Source: Staphylothermus hellenicus DSM 12710 (GTDB lineage: Archaea > Thermoproteota > Thermoprotei_A > Sulfolobales > Desulfurococcaceae). Taken from it: 32,000 nt of DNA. The stretch spans positions 1,020,001 through 1,052,000 of the forward strand of contig NC_014205.1 in the NCBI RefSeq assembly GCF_000092465.1, read 5' to 3'. The notes below the pieces were generated by a model. That model had not been told where the DNA came from. It made no database searches and saw only the letters and a program-made list of their open reading frames with translations. Positions within the stretch are counted from its first letter, which is position 1. The number at the start of each line of letters is the position of its first letter. The translations under genes and the position numbers were made by a program. Shown here piece after piece: positions 1 through 8,646 of this stretch.

Positions 1-1931
1 TGTGGAGCCACATAGTACTTAACAGTGGATCTGAATTCTTCTCCAGGCTTCAGCTCAATATTCTTCACAAACATGATCGCTATCCCCTGGAATATTTCCT
101 GCATCCCCTTATCCGTCCTAGCTAGACTATTTAATGGCGCCACCCATACTTGATCGGTATTTTTAGATTCAAGTATGATATCCGGGTACACGGAACTTTT
201 AATTACAACTTTATCATATTCTCCAACCCAGTACTCATTCGAGCGGTGGAAACCATCTTTTACTTCATAACCAATTGGTTTCCCCTTACCTGTCCTATCA
301 ATCTTTGGAGCTACATGGTATTCCAACCCTATTATTGTATTTACAACTCTATTACCATGATTAACTATTCTATAATCAGTTAGTAAACCCTTATCTAAGA
401 TCCTGATCTTCTTTTCAGCAAGGATCTTGGCTGGTTCCATACCGTAAACATAGTGTCCTCCAAGAGCTCTCATTACTAGTACGTCATCTTTTGTCAGAGA
501 TGCACTATGCTTTTTCAGGGCAAGATCGCTTTGATCCTTAAAAGGCGTATTATTAATCCAGTCCCAAATAGAAGTATCGGGAGCCCAGAGATGTATTCGT
601 AGACTAACCCTCCTATACCAGTCAGGGTTAAACTTTACCCCTTCAAGATATGGTTCCCGATACCGTGTCATGGTATCTTGAATATTATGTTCTAGATCCT
701 TAGCTTTCACATCAAATTCAAAAAGCGTACCACCATCATCTGGCTTGAAATAAAGATTAAGCTTTTTAGTCTCAAACAAGTACTCGTTTCTACCATCATA
801 GTCGAAATCAATATAATATATGTGTAGAGGCTCCTCATCATAATAGCCCATAGCTTCCTCAGCTAGCCTTTCTGCTTTCAAATAGTACTCGTATATTGCT
901 TGTCTTAGATGGGACAAATATATTCCACCAAATAATCCATGCCAGTAAGCATCATTGCATTGTGCTAAGTGATAATATCTCCACGCCTCATCAGCTACTT
1001 CTGGCGCGTTCTTGAGTTTTCTCCTTACCCACAACATTTTTTTATGCATATTATTGCTTTCTCTATACTTAATCAAGAAGTTCCGGAAGAAACCATTGCT
1101 CCATTCCAGCATTTTATCATAGCTTCCAGTAGGTAAATACATTAATCCTCTAGCACCATATTCTCTTAGATACTCAATTGGATGAACCATGTTTATTTCG
1201 TGTCTTCTACTCCTAATTTTAGATAGGAAGTCGTTCAACCACCACCTAGCCCATCCCGGATCTTTCCATTCACCGAACTTCTCAGCATCACTACCCCACA
1301 CGATTACTCTATTTCCCTCCTCATCTCCTTTCGAAAGCATATAGTTGAATACTTCTTCACTAGTTCTCCAAGGAAGAACATATCTCAGAGCTGTATCGAT
1401 AAAGAATAATTTAACAATGTTTCCTCCCTCCTCAGTAATCCATGCATAGTATGCATTATCACTGCTTCGCCCAGCTCTATACAGTGTTGAATCATCTATG
1501 AACACGTATTCAACCCCGTTCTTAGCTAATGGTTCTGGAAGACTAGGCTCCCATACTCTCTCCGGGAGCCATAACCCTTTAGGTTTATACCCGAATATTT
1601 TTTCGAAGAACCTAAGATATTCTCTTACCTGATAATATCTATCCTCCGAGGGAAGCAGTGGTAGAATAGCTTCACCCATACTTCCAGCTAAAAACTCGAC
1701 AGTACCGTAGTCTCCGAGCCTAGCCATTTCATTTATCCATTCAGGATAATTATCCAGTAACCATAAGAGTAAGGGGCCGCTTATATGTACTGTAAATTTT
1801 AAGTCGGCATAACTCTTCATAATATCGAGTAACAACCTATAGCTATTCTCAAATATTCTCCTATTAACCCATTCAAGCTGGCCTGTTGGTTGATGAAAGT
1901 GAATTGTGAATATAAAGTTTATCCTAGCCAA
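1..1931 (-). CDS. GH57 family 4-alpha-glucanotransferase / alpha-amylase (C-terminus runs off the left edge, ~643 codons in window)
   Basis: Absent from the ORF track because no stop lies in the window. My own minus-strand translation from TTG at 1931 gives (M)ARINFIFTIHFHQPTGQLEW..., ...KGLWLPERVWEP... and ...VWGSDAEKFGEW.... I checked the frame codon by codon and it is open over 3-840 and across the N-terminal half. GGTGGAG lies 7 nt upstream of the TTG. HQP, the LPERVWE nucleophile-Glu region and the D-x-EKFGEW acid/base region are the GH57 signature regions, as in Thermococcus litoralis 4-alpha-glucanotransferase (recalled). Confidence 0.85.
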   Translation of the reverse strand, partial: MARINFIFTIHFHQPTGQLEWVNRRIFENSYRLLLDIMKSYADLKFTVHISGPLLLWLLDNYPEWINEMARLGDYGTVEFLAGSMGEAILPLLPSEDRYYQVREYLRFFEKIFGYKPKGLWLPERVWEPSLPEPLAKNGVEYVFIDDSTLYRAGRSSDNAYYAWITEEGGNIVKLFFIDTALRYVLPWRTSEEVFNYMLSKGDEEGNRVIVWGSDAEKFGEWKDPGWARWWLNDFLSKIRSRRHEINMVHPIEYLREYGARGLMYLPTGSYDKMLEWSNGFFRNFLIKYRESNNMHKKMLWVRRKLKNAPEVADEAWRYYHLAQCNDAYWHGLFGGIYLSHLRQAIYEYYLKAERLAEEAMGYYDEEPLHIYYIDFDYDGRNEYLFETKKLNLYFKPDDGGTLFEFDVKAKDLEHNIQDTMTRYREPYLEGVKFNPDWYRRVSLRIHLWAPDTSIWDWINNTPFKDQSDLALKKHSASLTKDDVLVMRALGGHYVYGMEPAKILAEKKIRILDKGLLTDYRIVNHGNRVVNTIIGLEYHVAPKIDRTGKGKPIGYEVKDGFHRSNEYWVGEYDKVVIKSSVYPDIILESKNTDQVWVAPLNSLARTDKGMQEIFQGIAIMFVKNIELKPGEEFRSTVKYYVAP

Positions 1932-2194
1932 GATCTTCTCCACCACAATTAGATATCAACATTTCTTAATTATATTTAGCTCCCTAATTTTATAATAGTT
2001 CCCCACAGGTATCCATGATAAATAAAAATTATCTCTACCGATCGGCCTTGTAATTGCACAACTAAGAACAATATTATTTAAAACAATGATTAGCTCATCG
2101 CATTTAAGCATAAGTATTGTTTAAACAGGTAAAACATAATTTTTTATAAGTCGAATCATTTAAGATTGATTCAGAAAGTTATAGAGGAGGCATC

Positions 2195-3460
2195 TTGATA
2201 AGATTTCCTGATTATTTCCTCTTTGGAACGGCTACATCATCACACCAGATCGAGGGCAATAATATATTTAATGATTGGTGGGAGTGGGAGACTAAAGGCA
2301 AGCTAAAGGTGAGATCAGGTAGGGCATGTAATCATTGGGAACTCTATAAAGAAGACATACAGCTTATGGCTGAGCTGGGATATAGTGCTTATAGATTCTC
2401 TATAGAGTGGAGTAGAATATTTCCAAGAAAAGATCATATAGATTATGATTCACTTAACAAGTATAAGGAAATAGTTAATCTACTTAGAAAGTACGGAATA
2501 GAACCCGTAATCACACTTCATCATTTTACAAATCCACAATGGTTTATGAAAATTGGTGGATGGACTAGGGAAGAGAACATAAAGTATTTCATAGAATACG
2601 TTGAGCTTATAGCTTCTGAGATAAAAGATGCGAAAATATGGATCACTATTAATGAGCCAATAATATATGTTTTACAAGGATATATTTCTGGTGAGTGGCC
2701 GCCTGGAATTAAAAATTTGAAAATAGCTGATCAAGTAACTAAGAATCTTTTAAAAGCACATAATGAAGCCTATAATATACTTCATAAGCACGGCGTTGTA
2801 GGTATAGCCAAGAACATGATAGCTTTTAAACCAGGCTCTAATAAGCGAAAAGATATTGATATGTATAATAAAGTCGATAAAGCATTCAATTGGGGATTTC
2901 TCGACGGAATATTAATGGGTGAACTAGAGACTCTCCATGGAAAATACCGCGTTGAACCCGGAAATATTGATTTCATAGGTATAAACTATTATTCCTCATA
3001 CCTTGTAAAATATACTTGGAATCCCTTCAAACTACATATAAAAGTCGAACCATTAGATACGGGTCTATGGACAACTATGGGTTACTGCATATATCCTAGG
3101 GGAATATATGAAGTTGTTATGAAAACACATGAAAGGTACGGCAAAGAAATAATCATTACAGAGAACGGTGTTGCCGTAGAAAACGATGAATTAAGGATTT
3201 TATCCATTATTAGGCACTTACAATACCTATATAAAGCCATGAATGAAGGAGCAAATGTGAAAGGGTATTTCTACTGGAGCCTCATGGATAATTTTGAATG
3301 GGATAAAGGATTTGACCAGAGATTTGGACTAGTAGAAGTTGATTATAAGACTTTCGAGAGAAAACCTAGAAAAAGCGCGTATGTATATAGTCAAATCGCT
3401 CGATCCAAGACTATAAGTGATGAATACCTAGAAAAATATGGGTTAAAGAACCCTGAATAA
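2195..3460 (+). CDS. GH1 beta-glycosidase (beta-glucosidase/beta-galactosidase type)
   Basis: 421 aa. N-terminal FLFGTATSSHQIEGN, acid/base motif TINEP and nucleophile motif ITENG, plus C-terminal YFYWSLMDNFEW, are classic GH1 signatures. TTG start is preceded by GAGGAGG 5 nt upstream. Confidence 0.9.
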   Translation: MIRFPDYFLFGTATSSHQIEGNNIFNDWWEWETKGKLKVRSGRACNHWELYKEDIQLMAELGYSAYRFSIEWSRIFPRKDHIDYDSLNKYKEIVNLLRKYGIEPVITLHHFTNPQWFMKIGGWTREENIKYFIEYVELIASEIKDAKIWITINEPIIYVLQGYISGEWPPGIKNLKIADQVTKNLLKAHNEAYNILHKHGVVGIAKNMIAFKPGSNKRKDIDMYNKVDKAFNWGFLDGILMGELETLHGKYRVEPGNIDFIGINYYSSYLVKYTWNPFKLHIKVEPLDTGLWTTMGYCIYPRGIYEVVMKTHERYGKEIIITENGVAVENDELRILSIIRHLQYLYKAMNEGANVKGYFYWSLMDNFEWDKGFDQRFGLVEVDYKTFERKPRKSAYVYSQIARSKTISDEYLEKYGLKNPE

Positions 3461-3465
3461 CATTT

Positions 3466-4830
3466 TTATCTCGCTTTACTTAAAACCTTAACTCTTTCCT
3501 CAAGGATTCTAATTATTTCATCTCTATCCTCTGGATACTTCTTATAGATAAATATCCAAATCAATGAACAGGGAATCCAGAATAATGCAGAAACTATTAG
3601 CGCCCATAGATATGCATCTGGATTAGAATAGCCAATCGACCTAAAATACTCAATTAATGCTCCTCCGAAAACAGGGCCTATGGCGCGTCCAACATTGTCG
3701 AGAATATTGAATATGCCGAAAACAGTTCCACGATCCTCTGGAAGGTTTACTTGTGATATTATGGCTCTAACATTAGGGCCTGCATAGCTAATTAATTGTA
3801 TTAATCCAATACTATAGAGTCCTAGAAATACCCAATCCAGAAATGTAGGATTACTTGGTAATGGATATATTAGCAAATATATTGTTACAAGCATTCCCGC
3901 AAAAATAGCTAGCCCGGTAAGTATTGCTCTCCCACCCCTCTTCTTTCTCTCCGCAAAATCACCTAGAAAACCGCCCATTAAACCGCCTATAACAGTAGCT
4001 ATTCCCAACAATAGAAGAACCATCGTAGCGGTTTCCTTTGACATACCCCTAGCTACCATGAGGAAAGACACAATCCAGTAAACTAAGACTCCCCAGGGAA
4101 TTGTTCCAATAATACCTTGTATAAATATTAAAATGTTTGTAACGGTTTCAAAGCTCTTCTTAACTGCAGCTAATGAAATCTTATAAGTATATTCAACACC
4201 TTTCTCATATGCTTCTCTAAGAACCTTTTCACCGGAACCCTTCTTAGGCTCTTCAAATACTATATAGAACAATGGTGCAAGTATCCAGTTAGGAACAGAT
4301 ACATATATGAAGGGAGGCCTCCAATTTGAAATTATCCCCGCTAATATCATTCCAACAAGTGTTCCCGCACCAAACGAGGTTTCTATATAACCGTATCCAC
4401 GCCCTCTCCTCGCTTCTTCATACATATCTGCTATTAATGTATATGCTATAGGTATGATTGATCCTATACCTATCCCTGTTAGGAGTCTTAAAAACAATAA
4501 CTGCCAATAACTAGTTACGAACGCTGTGAGAAAACAAGGAATCTCCCCCAAATACACTCCTATAAGCAATAATTTCTTCCTCGAAGCAATATCGGCCAAG
4601 AAACCCCACAATATAGTGATGACTGCACTAGTAGCAACAAATATTGATGAAACAAGCCCCATTTGAACCTCAGATATACCGAATTCCCTCATAATATATT
4701 GGTAATTAGGAGGTAAAAGATTTTGATCAGCCATGAAGAACACAGCTATAAGAACCAGCAATATGACTGATAGGGATTTACGGAGATACATCGGCTTCAT
4801 CCCCAATACATGATCTAAGATAAAAATCAT
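3466..4830 (-). CDS. MFS transporter
   Basis: 454 aa, about 12 hydrophobic segments, and an MFS-like loop motif (ADIASRKKLLL). It is the last gene of the minus-strand regulator-kinase-GH57 unit. The real start may be the internal ATG at 4800 (MKPMYLRK...). Confidence 0.8.
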   Translation of the reverse strand: MIFILDHVLGMKPMYLRKSLSVILLVLIAVFFMADQNLLPPNYQYIMREFGISEVQMGLVSSIFVATSAVITILWGFLADIASRKKLLLIGVYLGEIPCFLTAFVTSYWQLLFLRLLTGIGIGSIIPIAYTLIADMYEEARRGRGYGYIETSFGAGTLVGMILAGIISNWRPPFIYVSVPNWILAPLFYIVFEEPKKGSGEKVLREAYEKGVEYTYKISLAAVKKSFETVTNILIFIQGIIGTIPWGVLVYWIVSFLMVARGMSKETATMVLLLLGIATVIGGLMGGFLGDFAERKKRGGRAILTGLAIFAGMLVTIYLLIYPLPSNPTFLDWVFLGLYSIGLIQLISYAGPNVRAIISQVNLPEDRGTVFGIFNILDNVGRAIGPVFGGALIEYFRSIGYSNPDAYLWALIVSALFWIPCSLIWIFIYKKYPEDRDEIIRILEERVKVLSKAR

Positions 4831-4938
4831 CGAAAATAAAACTGTTTTTCTAAGATAGCCATATTAGACTCTAAATACAAAGTTTCAAAAAACAATTGTT
4901 AATGACGCAATAGATCATAGATATAATAGTGCTATATT

Positions 4939-6507
4939 CTATGTGCTACCCAAGAATTTTCTTATTATATCTGAAACAGTTTTCCGAGCTTCCTCCGCTG
5001 ATAATGATTGAGAAGATATCTTATCTAGTTCGTCGGCTATTTCGTCTAAACCGAAAACGCTTCTAAACCATGCTTGGAAATCTCTTCTTTTTAAATGATA
5101 TAATATTGATTCTGCTGGGGCTTTACTAATTATTTCTAGGAATTCCTTTATACTGCTTGCACTATATCCTGTATATTCCCCTGTTGGTTTATAGAAGTAG
5201 AATGACTTATTCATTGGAAGTACTAGTTTTCTTGCTACATCATATTTTTTCTGTTCTATTTTCTCCGCTATTAATCCTGCTAAGAGACTTAGAGCTTGAA
5301 CATATATTGCATAAGCATCTGGCGCGTTTTTATATGGTGAGAAATAACTATGTACTTGTTCTATGCTTCCAAACTTTGTGGCAATATAGTATAGGTGATC
5401 ACTTATTGTTAAAAGCTTCCAAATACGGGTAATCTCGGGCTCGTCTAATGCTTTCACATAAGGTCTCAGATCAACAAGGATCCTGAACGCATTCCTCTGC
5501 ATATGGTTTCCCAGCCAAGCACTCAGATCTCTTTCATCAGCCCAGCTAATCGTATTCCATGGTGGAACATCTATGACGTCTCTAGCAGGATACTTGTCTA
5601 CTACATCGCTTGGAGTCGAAGTATAGAGATGATTATACTTTAATATCTCTCCCGGCAACCATCTTAAGAACTCATGTATCCCGGTTTCCGGCCAGTGATG
5701 CTCCCCGAAAGTCTCATAATCTATTGCGAGAAATACTACGTCTCCAGGGGTTGCAGCTAGCCATGAAGCATATTTATCCGCTGTTAATGGATATTGATCC
5801 CAGTTTTTATCGCTGAACCTATAACCTATATCATCGCTTAACCTATAATTTCTCGTTAAAACCTTGATATCGCTACCATATGCTCTATAAACATAATTGG
5901 GCGATCTCCATCCGAGAACCCAGTCAACACCCTCAGTTAATACAGCTTTGTATCCCATCGTGGAAAACAACCATGCTATATCATTATTGTATGAGAACTC
6001 AGTATTCTCTATACTCTTAGGTTCATAGTCGAATAATTCCTTCATAACTCTGCGGTGCTCGAGTATTTGTTCTCTCAGCTCAGCCCAATCATTTAAAGGC
6101 ATGAAAGCGGCCATGCTGTGATAATATGTTTGCTCAACAAATTCCACCATACCTGTTTCACGTAGCTCCATAAATAAATCTATCACTTCAGGTTTCCATG
6201 TCTTAACTTGCTCTATGAAAACACCACTAATTGAATAAGCGACCTTGAATGGTTTATTGCTATTAGCATATCTCTTTATGTTTTCCAATATTATCTTAGT
6301 TGCTGGAATATAGCATTTAGTAGAAGCCCTCTCTATCACTAATTTGTTCAAGCCATTATCGAAAATAATATCTTCAAGATCATGTGGCTCAAGTCTTCCG
6401 CGCAGAGCTTTTTCGAGCAGTTTATTATATGCGTTTCTATCCAGCCTATATGGTTGATGTACTTCGAACATGAACACAATATCGGCCAAAACTTTTTCAC
6501 CAATCAA
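4939..6507 (-). CDS. GH57 family alpha-amylase-like enzyme (AmyC type) with ~90-aa C-terminal accessory domain
   Basis: 522 aa. GH57 regions: FEVHQPYRL, GMVEFVEQTYYHS, SIENTEF (nucleophile Glu region) and AIDYETFGEHHW (acid/base Asp region). Length and motifs resemble Thermotoga AmyC-type GH57 enzymes (recalled). TTG start with GAGGA upstream. Confidence 0.8.
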   Translation of the reverse strand: MIGEKVLADIVFMFEVHQPYRLDRNAYNKLLEKALRGRLEPHDLEDIIFDNGLNKLVIERASTKCYIPATKIILENIKRYANSNKPFKVAYSISGVFIEQVKTWKPEVIDLFMELRETGMVEFVEQTYYHSMAAFMPLNDWAELREQILEHRRVMKELFDYEPKSIENTEFSYNNDIAWLFSTMGYKAVLTEGVDWVLGWRSPNYVYRAYGSDIKVLTRNYRLSDDIGYRFSDKNWDQYPLTADKYASWLAATPGDVVFLAIDYETFGEHHWPETGIHEFLRWLPGEILKYNHLYTSTPSDVVDKYPARDVIDVPPWNTISWADERDLSAWLGNHMQRNAFRILVDLRPYVKALDEPEITRIWKLLTISDHLYYIATKFGSIEQVHSYFSPYKNAPDAYAIYVQALSLLAGLIAEKIEQKKYDVARKLVLPMNKSFYFYKPTGEYTGYSASSIKEFLEIISKAPAESILYHLKRRDFQAWFRSVFGLDEIADELDKISSQSLSAEEARKTVSDIIRKFLGST

Positions 6508-6547
6508 TATCCTCTAATGAAATATATTATTTTTCAAGGTAATTATG

Positions 6548-7990
6548 TTATTTGAGCGGCAACGTTGGTATTGCGGGATTTAATAATCCGATCAAGGGGA
6601 CAGGTATCCATTCAGGCCTGTACATTGCTTCATACATGATCTCATATAGTGCTCTTTCAACAAGCCAAGGCATAAGTAGTTGATTGTATTGTTCTATTAA
6701 TAACTGTGTATTAATACCGTGAATATTGGGTTTCTGAGTGGATGCTAAATATGATAACAACATGCTAAGACTATGCCTCATACGCCATTCCCATGTAACA
6801 TCGTTCCTTAATAGTTTCTTAGCTACTTGCTCTATACTTTTACCCTTAACTTCTAAATAAGCCATGAAGGCGAGATATTGAAAACTACGGATCATAGTGG
6901 CGATATCTCTGAGAAAAGGTTCTTTTTCAACCCGTTCATCATCGCTGCGTCCAGGTTCTCCTTCAAAATCCGTAATTATAAAGTCTTCATCTTTCCCTGA
7001 GTATATCATCTGTGCTAGGTGGAGATCTTGGTGGATTCTCCCCTTATTCCCATCCCTGAAAAGCTCCATACGCGTTTTAGCATCTTCAATGATCGAACTA
7101 GCTTTTTCCTCGAGAACTTCTCTCCAGAAACTATATCTTCTAATATCACGTTTCTTATCAGCCTTACTCTCTAAATCACTCATTATCTTTAATATTTCCC
7201 TGTATCTTGAATCTATTCTTTTAATCCATCTTTCAATGTCTTTATCACTTATCTTTTCTAAACCGAAAAAGTCGGTGCTGAATTCATCGTTTAGCTTCTT
7301 ATGCATATCCGCTATAATTAATCCAAGCTTGCTTGCTAAGCCAAGCCTATATCCTAGCGGTCCTTTTGTTTTACCTGATTCTAAAAGTTTCTTGTACGCT
7401 ATATAGAATGGATAGCCTCCATCTCCAATACCTTCAACATGTTCTACCACTAGAGATACCACGGTATCCTTTAATATGAAGACTTGGTAAAGCTTTGGAA
7501 TGTTCTTGAATCTTTTCTCAGCCAGTTTCATTAGAATTAAAGGTTCCATATTGATTCTAGGGATAAGCCTATAACTCTTTACAACTACTTTATCTCCATA
7601 TTCTAGTTCATGAACTGCAACTATGTTGGTTGTATCTAGTGTGAGCGGGTAAGCTTTTATTACTTTACCTATTAGTTTCTCGTATTCCTTAATACTAATA
7701 TCTTCTATTTTCTCCAAGTTCTCAATATAGTCTTTCGAGAACTCAGCTTCATATAGATACTTGTTATTTATTGAAAAATATCTATTAGCTGGAAGATCAG
7801 GTTTTGTATTGGTAATTTTTAATGGTAAGTAGAATAAGTGTTCATTAGCTCTTATAATGGATAAGATCATGTTATCGTATTCTTTATAGTAATTGAAAAA
7901 TATTTTTTTAGAAACGCCTTTCCAAGGCCACCATCTAATGTTGGGTAAAAATTTTCCTAGTTTACCTGCCAAGATTGATGCGTTTATCAT
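6548..7990 (-). CDS. mak: Maltokinase-like sugar kinase (Mak/Pep2 family, aminoglycoside-phosphotransferase fold)
   Basis: 480 aa. N-terminal cap motif LGKFLPNIRWWPWKG (compare the L..QRWY..K cap of maltokinases), ATP-lysine strand VVVKSYRLI, catalytic loop HQDLHLAQ (compare HGDLHLGQ), and IITDFEGEP (the DFEGEP metal-binding motif). Confidence 0.65.
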   Translation of the reverse strand: MINASILAGKLGKFLPNIRWWPWKGVSKKIFFNYYKEYDNMILSIIRANEHLFYLPLKITNTKPDLPANRYFSINNKYLYEAEFSKDYIENLEKIEDISIKEYEKLIGKVIKAYPLTLDTTNIVAVHELEYGDKVVVKSYRLIPRINMEPLILMKLAEKRFKNIPKLYQVFILKDTVVSLVVEHVEGIGDGGYPFYIAYKKLLESGKTKGPLGYRLGLASKLGLIIADMHKKLNDEFSTDFFGLEKISDKDIERWIKRIDSRYREILKIMSDLESKADKKRDIRRYSFWREVLEEKASSIIEDAKTRMELFRDGNKGRIHQDLHLAQMIYSGKDEDFIITDFEGEPGRSDDERVEKEPFLRDIATMIRSFQYLAFMAYLEVKGKSIEQVAKKLLRNDVTWEWRMRHSLSMLLSYLASTQKPNIHGINTQLLIEQYNQLLMPWLVERALYEIMYEAMYRPEWIPVPLIGLLNPAIPTLPLK

Positions 7991-8013
7991 TTTTTCACAT
8001 CAACAATATGATT

Positions 8014-8514
8014 CTATTTCGTTAGTAAACCTATTATTTCTTTTAAATAGTTTTTCAGATCATCTATTGTTGTTATCTGTCCTTCCTCAATTAGTTCGGC
8101 CAAGAAGTCATCGTTGAAAACATTTTTTATCCATTCAATAAAATATCCTCTCTTCAAGTGTTCTTCTAAGATATTCCTTGGAGCTAATCCATATTCTATT
8201 ACAGCGTATAATTGTTTATAGTCTCTAACAATTAGTTGTAAGGGTTCACCTGTTGATGGATTAGTTATTATGTATGGTTCTGGTGTTTTTGTTTCACTGA
8301 GTCTTTCGATACTCTTCTTGAGTTTTAACCCCTTACTTGTTAACTGGTATTTTTTATCATTTATTCTTTCAACTAAACCTTCTTTCTCAAGAGTTTTCAA
8401 GTATTTCCTTATAGTGTTTAGTTGAAGCCCTAGTTGTCGAGCTATTTTTGCTGGTTCAAGCTCTCCATTCTCCTTACTATAAAATATTATTCTATAGAAT
8501 GCTCTCTTACCCAA
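8014..8514 (-). CDS. Winged-HTH transcriptional regulator with C-terminal domain shared with the downstream GH57 enzyme
   Basis: 166 aa. The N-terminal segment LEPAKIARQLGLQLNTIRKYLKTLEKEGLVERI is an ArsR/MarR/TrmB-style wHTH. The C-terminal 90 aa align to the C-terminal 90 aa of the 4939..6507 protein (TGE, AP..IL..HLKR..F..W...VF..D..A.EL, EII..L). TTG start with GGTGA 8 nt upstream. Confidence 0.7.
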   Translation of the reverse strand: MGKRAFYRIIFYSKENGELEPAKIARQLGLQLNTIRKYLKTLEKEGLVERINDKKYQLTSKGLKLKKSIERLSETKTPEPYIITNPSTGEPLQLIVRDYKQLYAVIEYGLAPRNILEEHLKRGYFIEWIKNVFNDDFLAELIEEGQITTIDDLKNYLKEIIGLLTK

Positions 8515-8530
8515 TATAGAGTCACCTTTT

Positions 8531-8564
8531 AAAATTTATACTTTGAGTTTTAAGTATAAATTTT
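8531..8564. promoter_or_regulatory. Perfect 13-bp inverted repeat (AAAATTTATACTT-N8-AAGTATAAATTTT) in the regulator promoter; candidate operator overlapping TATA-like sequence
   Basis: Arms at 8531-8543 and 8552-8564 are exact reverse complements. The repeat lies 17-50 bp upstream of the TTG start (8514) of the wHTH regulator, and each arm contains a TATA-like TTTATA. Confidence 0.45.
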
Positions 8565-8646
8565 TATCCCAGAATAGATACATGGAATTATTTATTCTTA
8601 TGTGAGGATATGATCAGTCAAGGGGTTCATCATCTTCCTATTTATC

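Noticed and set aside
1932-2194. Shared regulator site in the divergent GH57/GH1 promoter (e.g. CCGATCGG palindrome at 2039-2046)
   Set aside because: The palindrome is short and its motif is not repeated at the other sugar-gene promoters in the window. The half-site of the 8531-8564 palindrome is also not found here.
6897-7406. Long antisense ORFs nested in confident genes (e.g. 6897..7406 +169 aa, 15326..15712 -128 aa, 20416..20778 +120 aa, 28653..29114 -153 aa, 27275..27952 -, 150..383 +)
   Set aside because: Each lies entirely opposite a CDS with strong family motifs. Their translations are Ser/Leu/Ile/Phe-rich low-complexity strings without motifs. They are shadow ORFs.
8614-8633. C/D box sRNA on the minus strand just downstream of the ABC permease stop (AUGAUGA, 9 nt, CUGA)
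   Set aside because: Only a C box and a D'-like box with a short 9-nt spacer are present. No C'/D pair and no terminal stem follow, so this is likely chance in AT-rich sequence.
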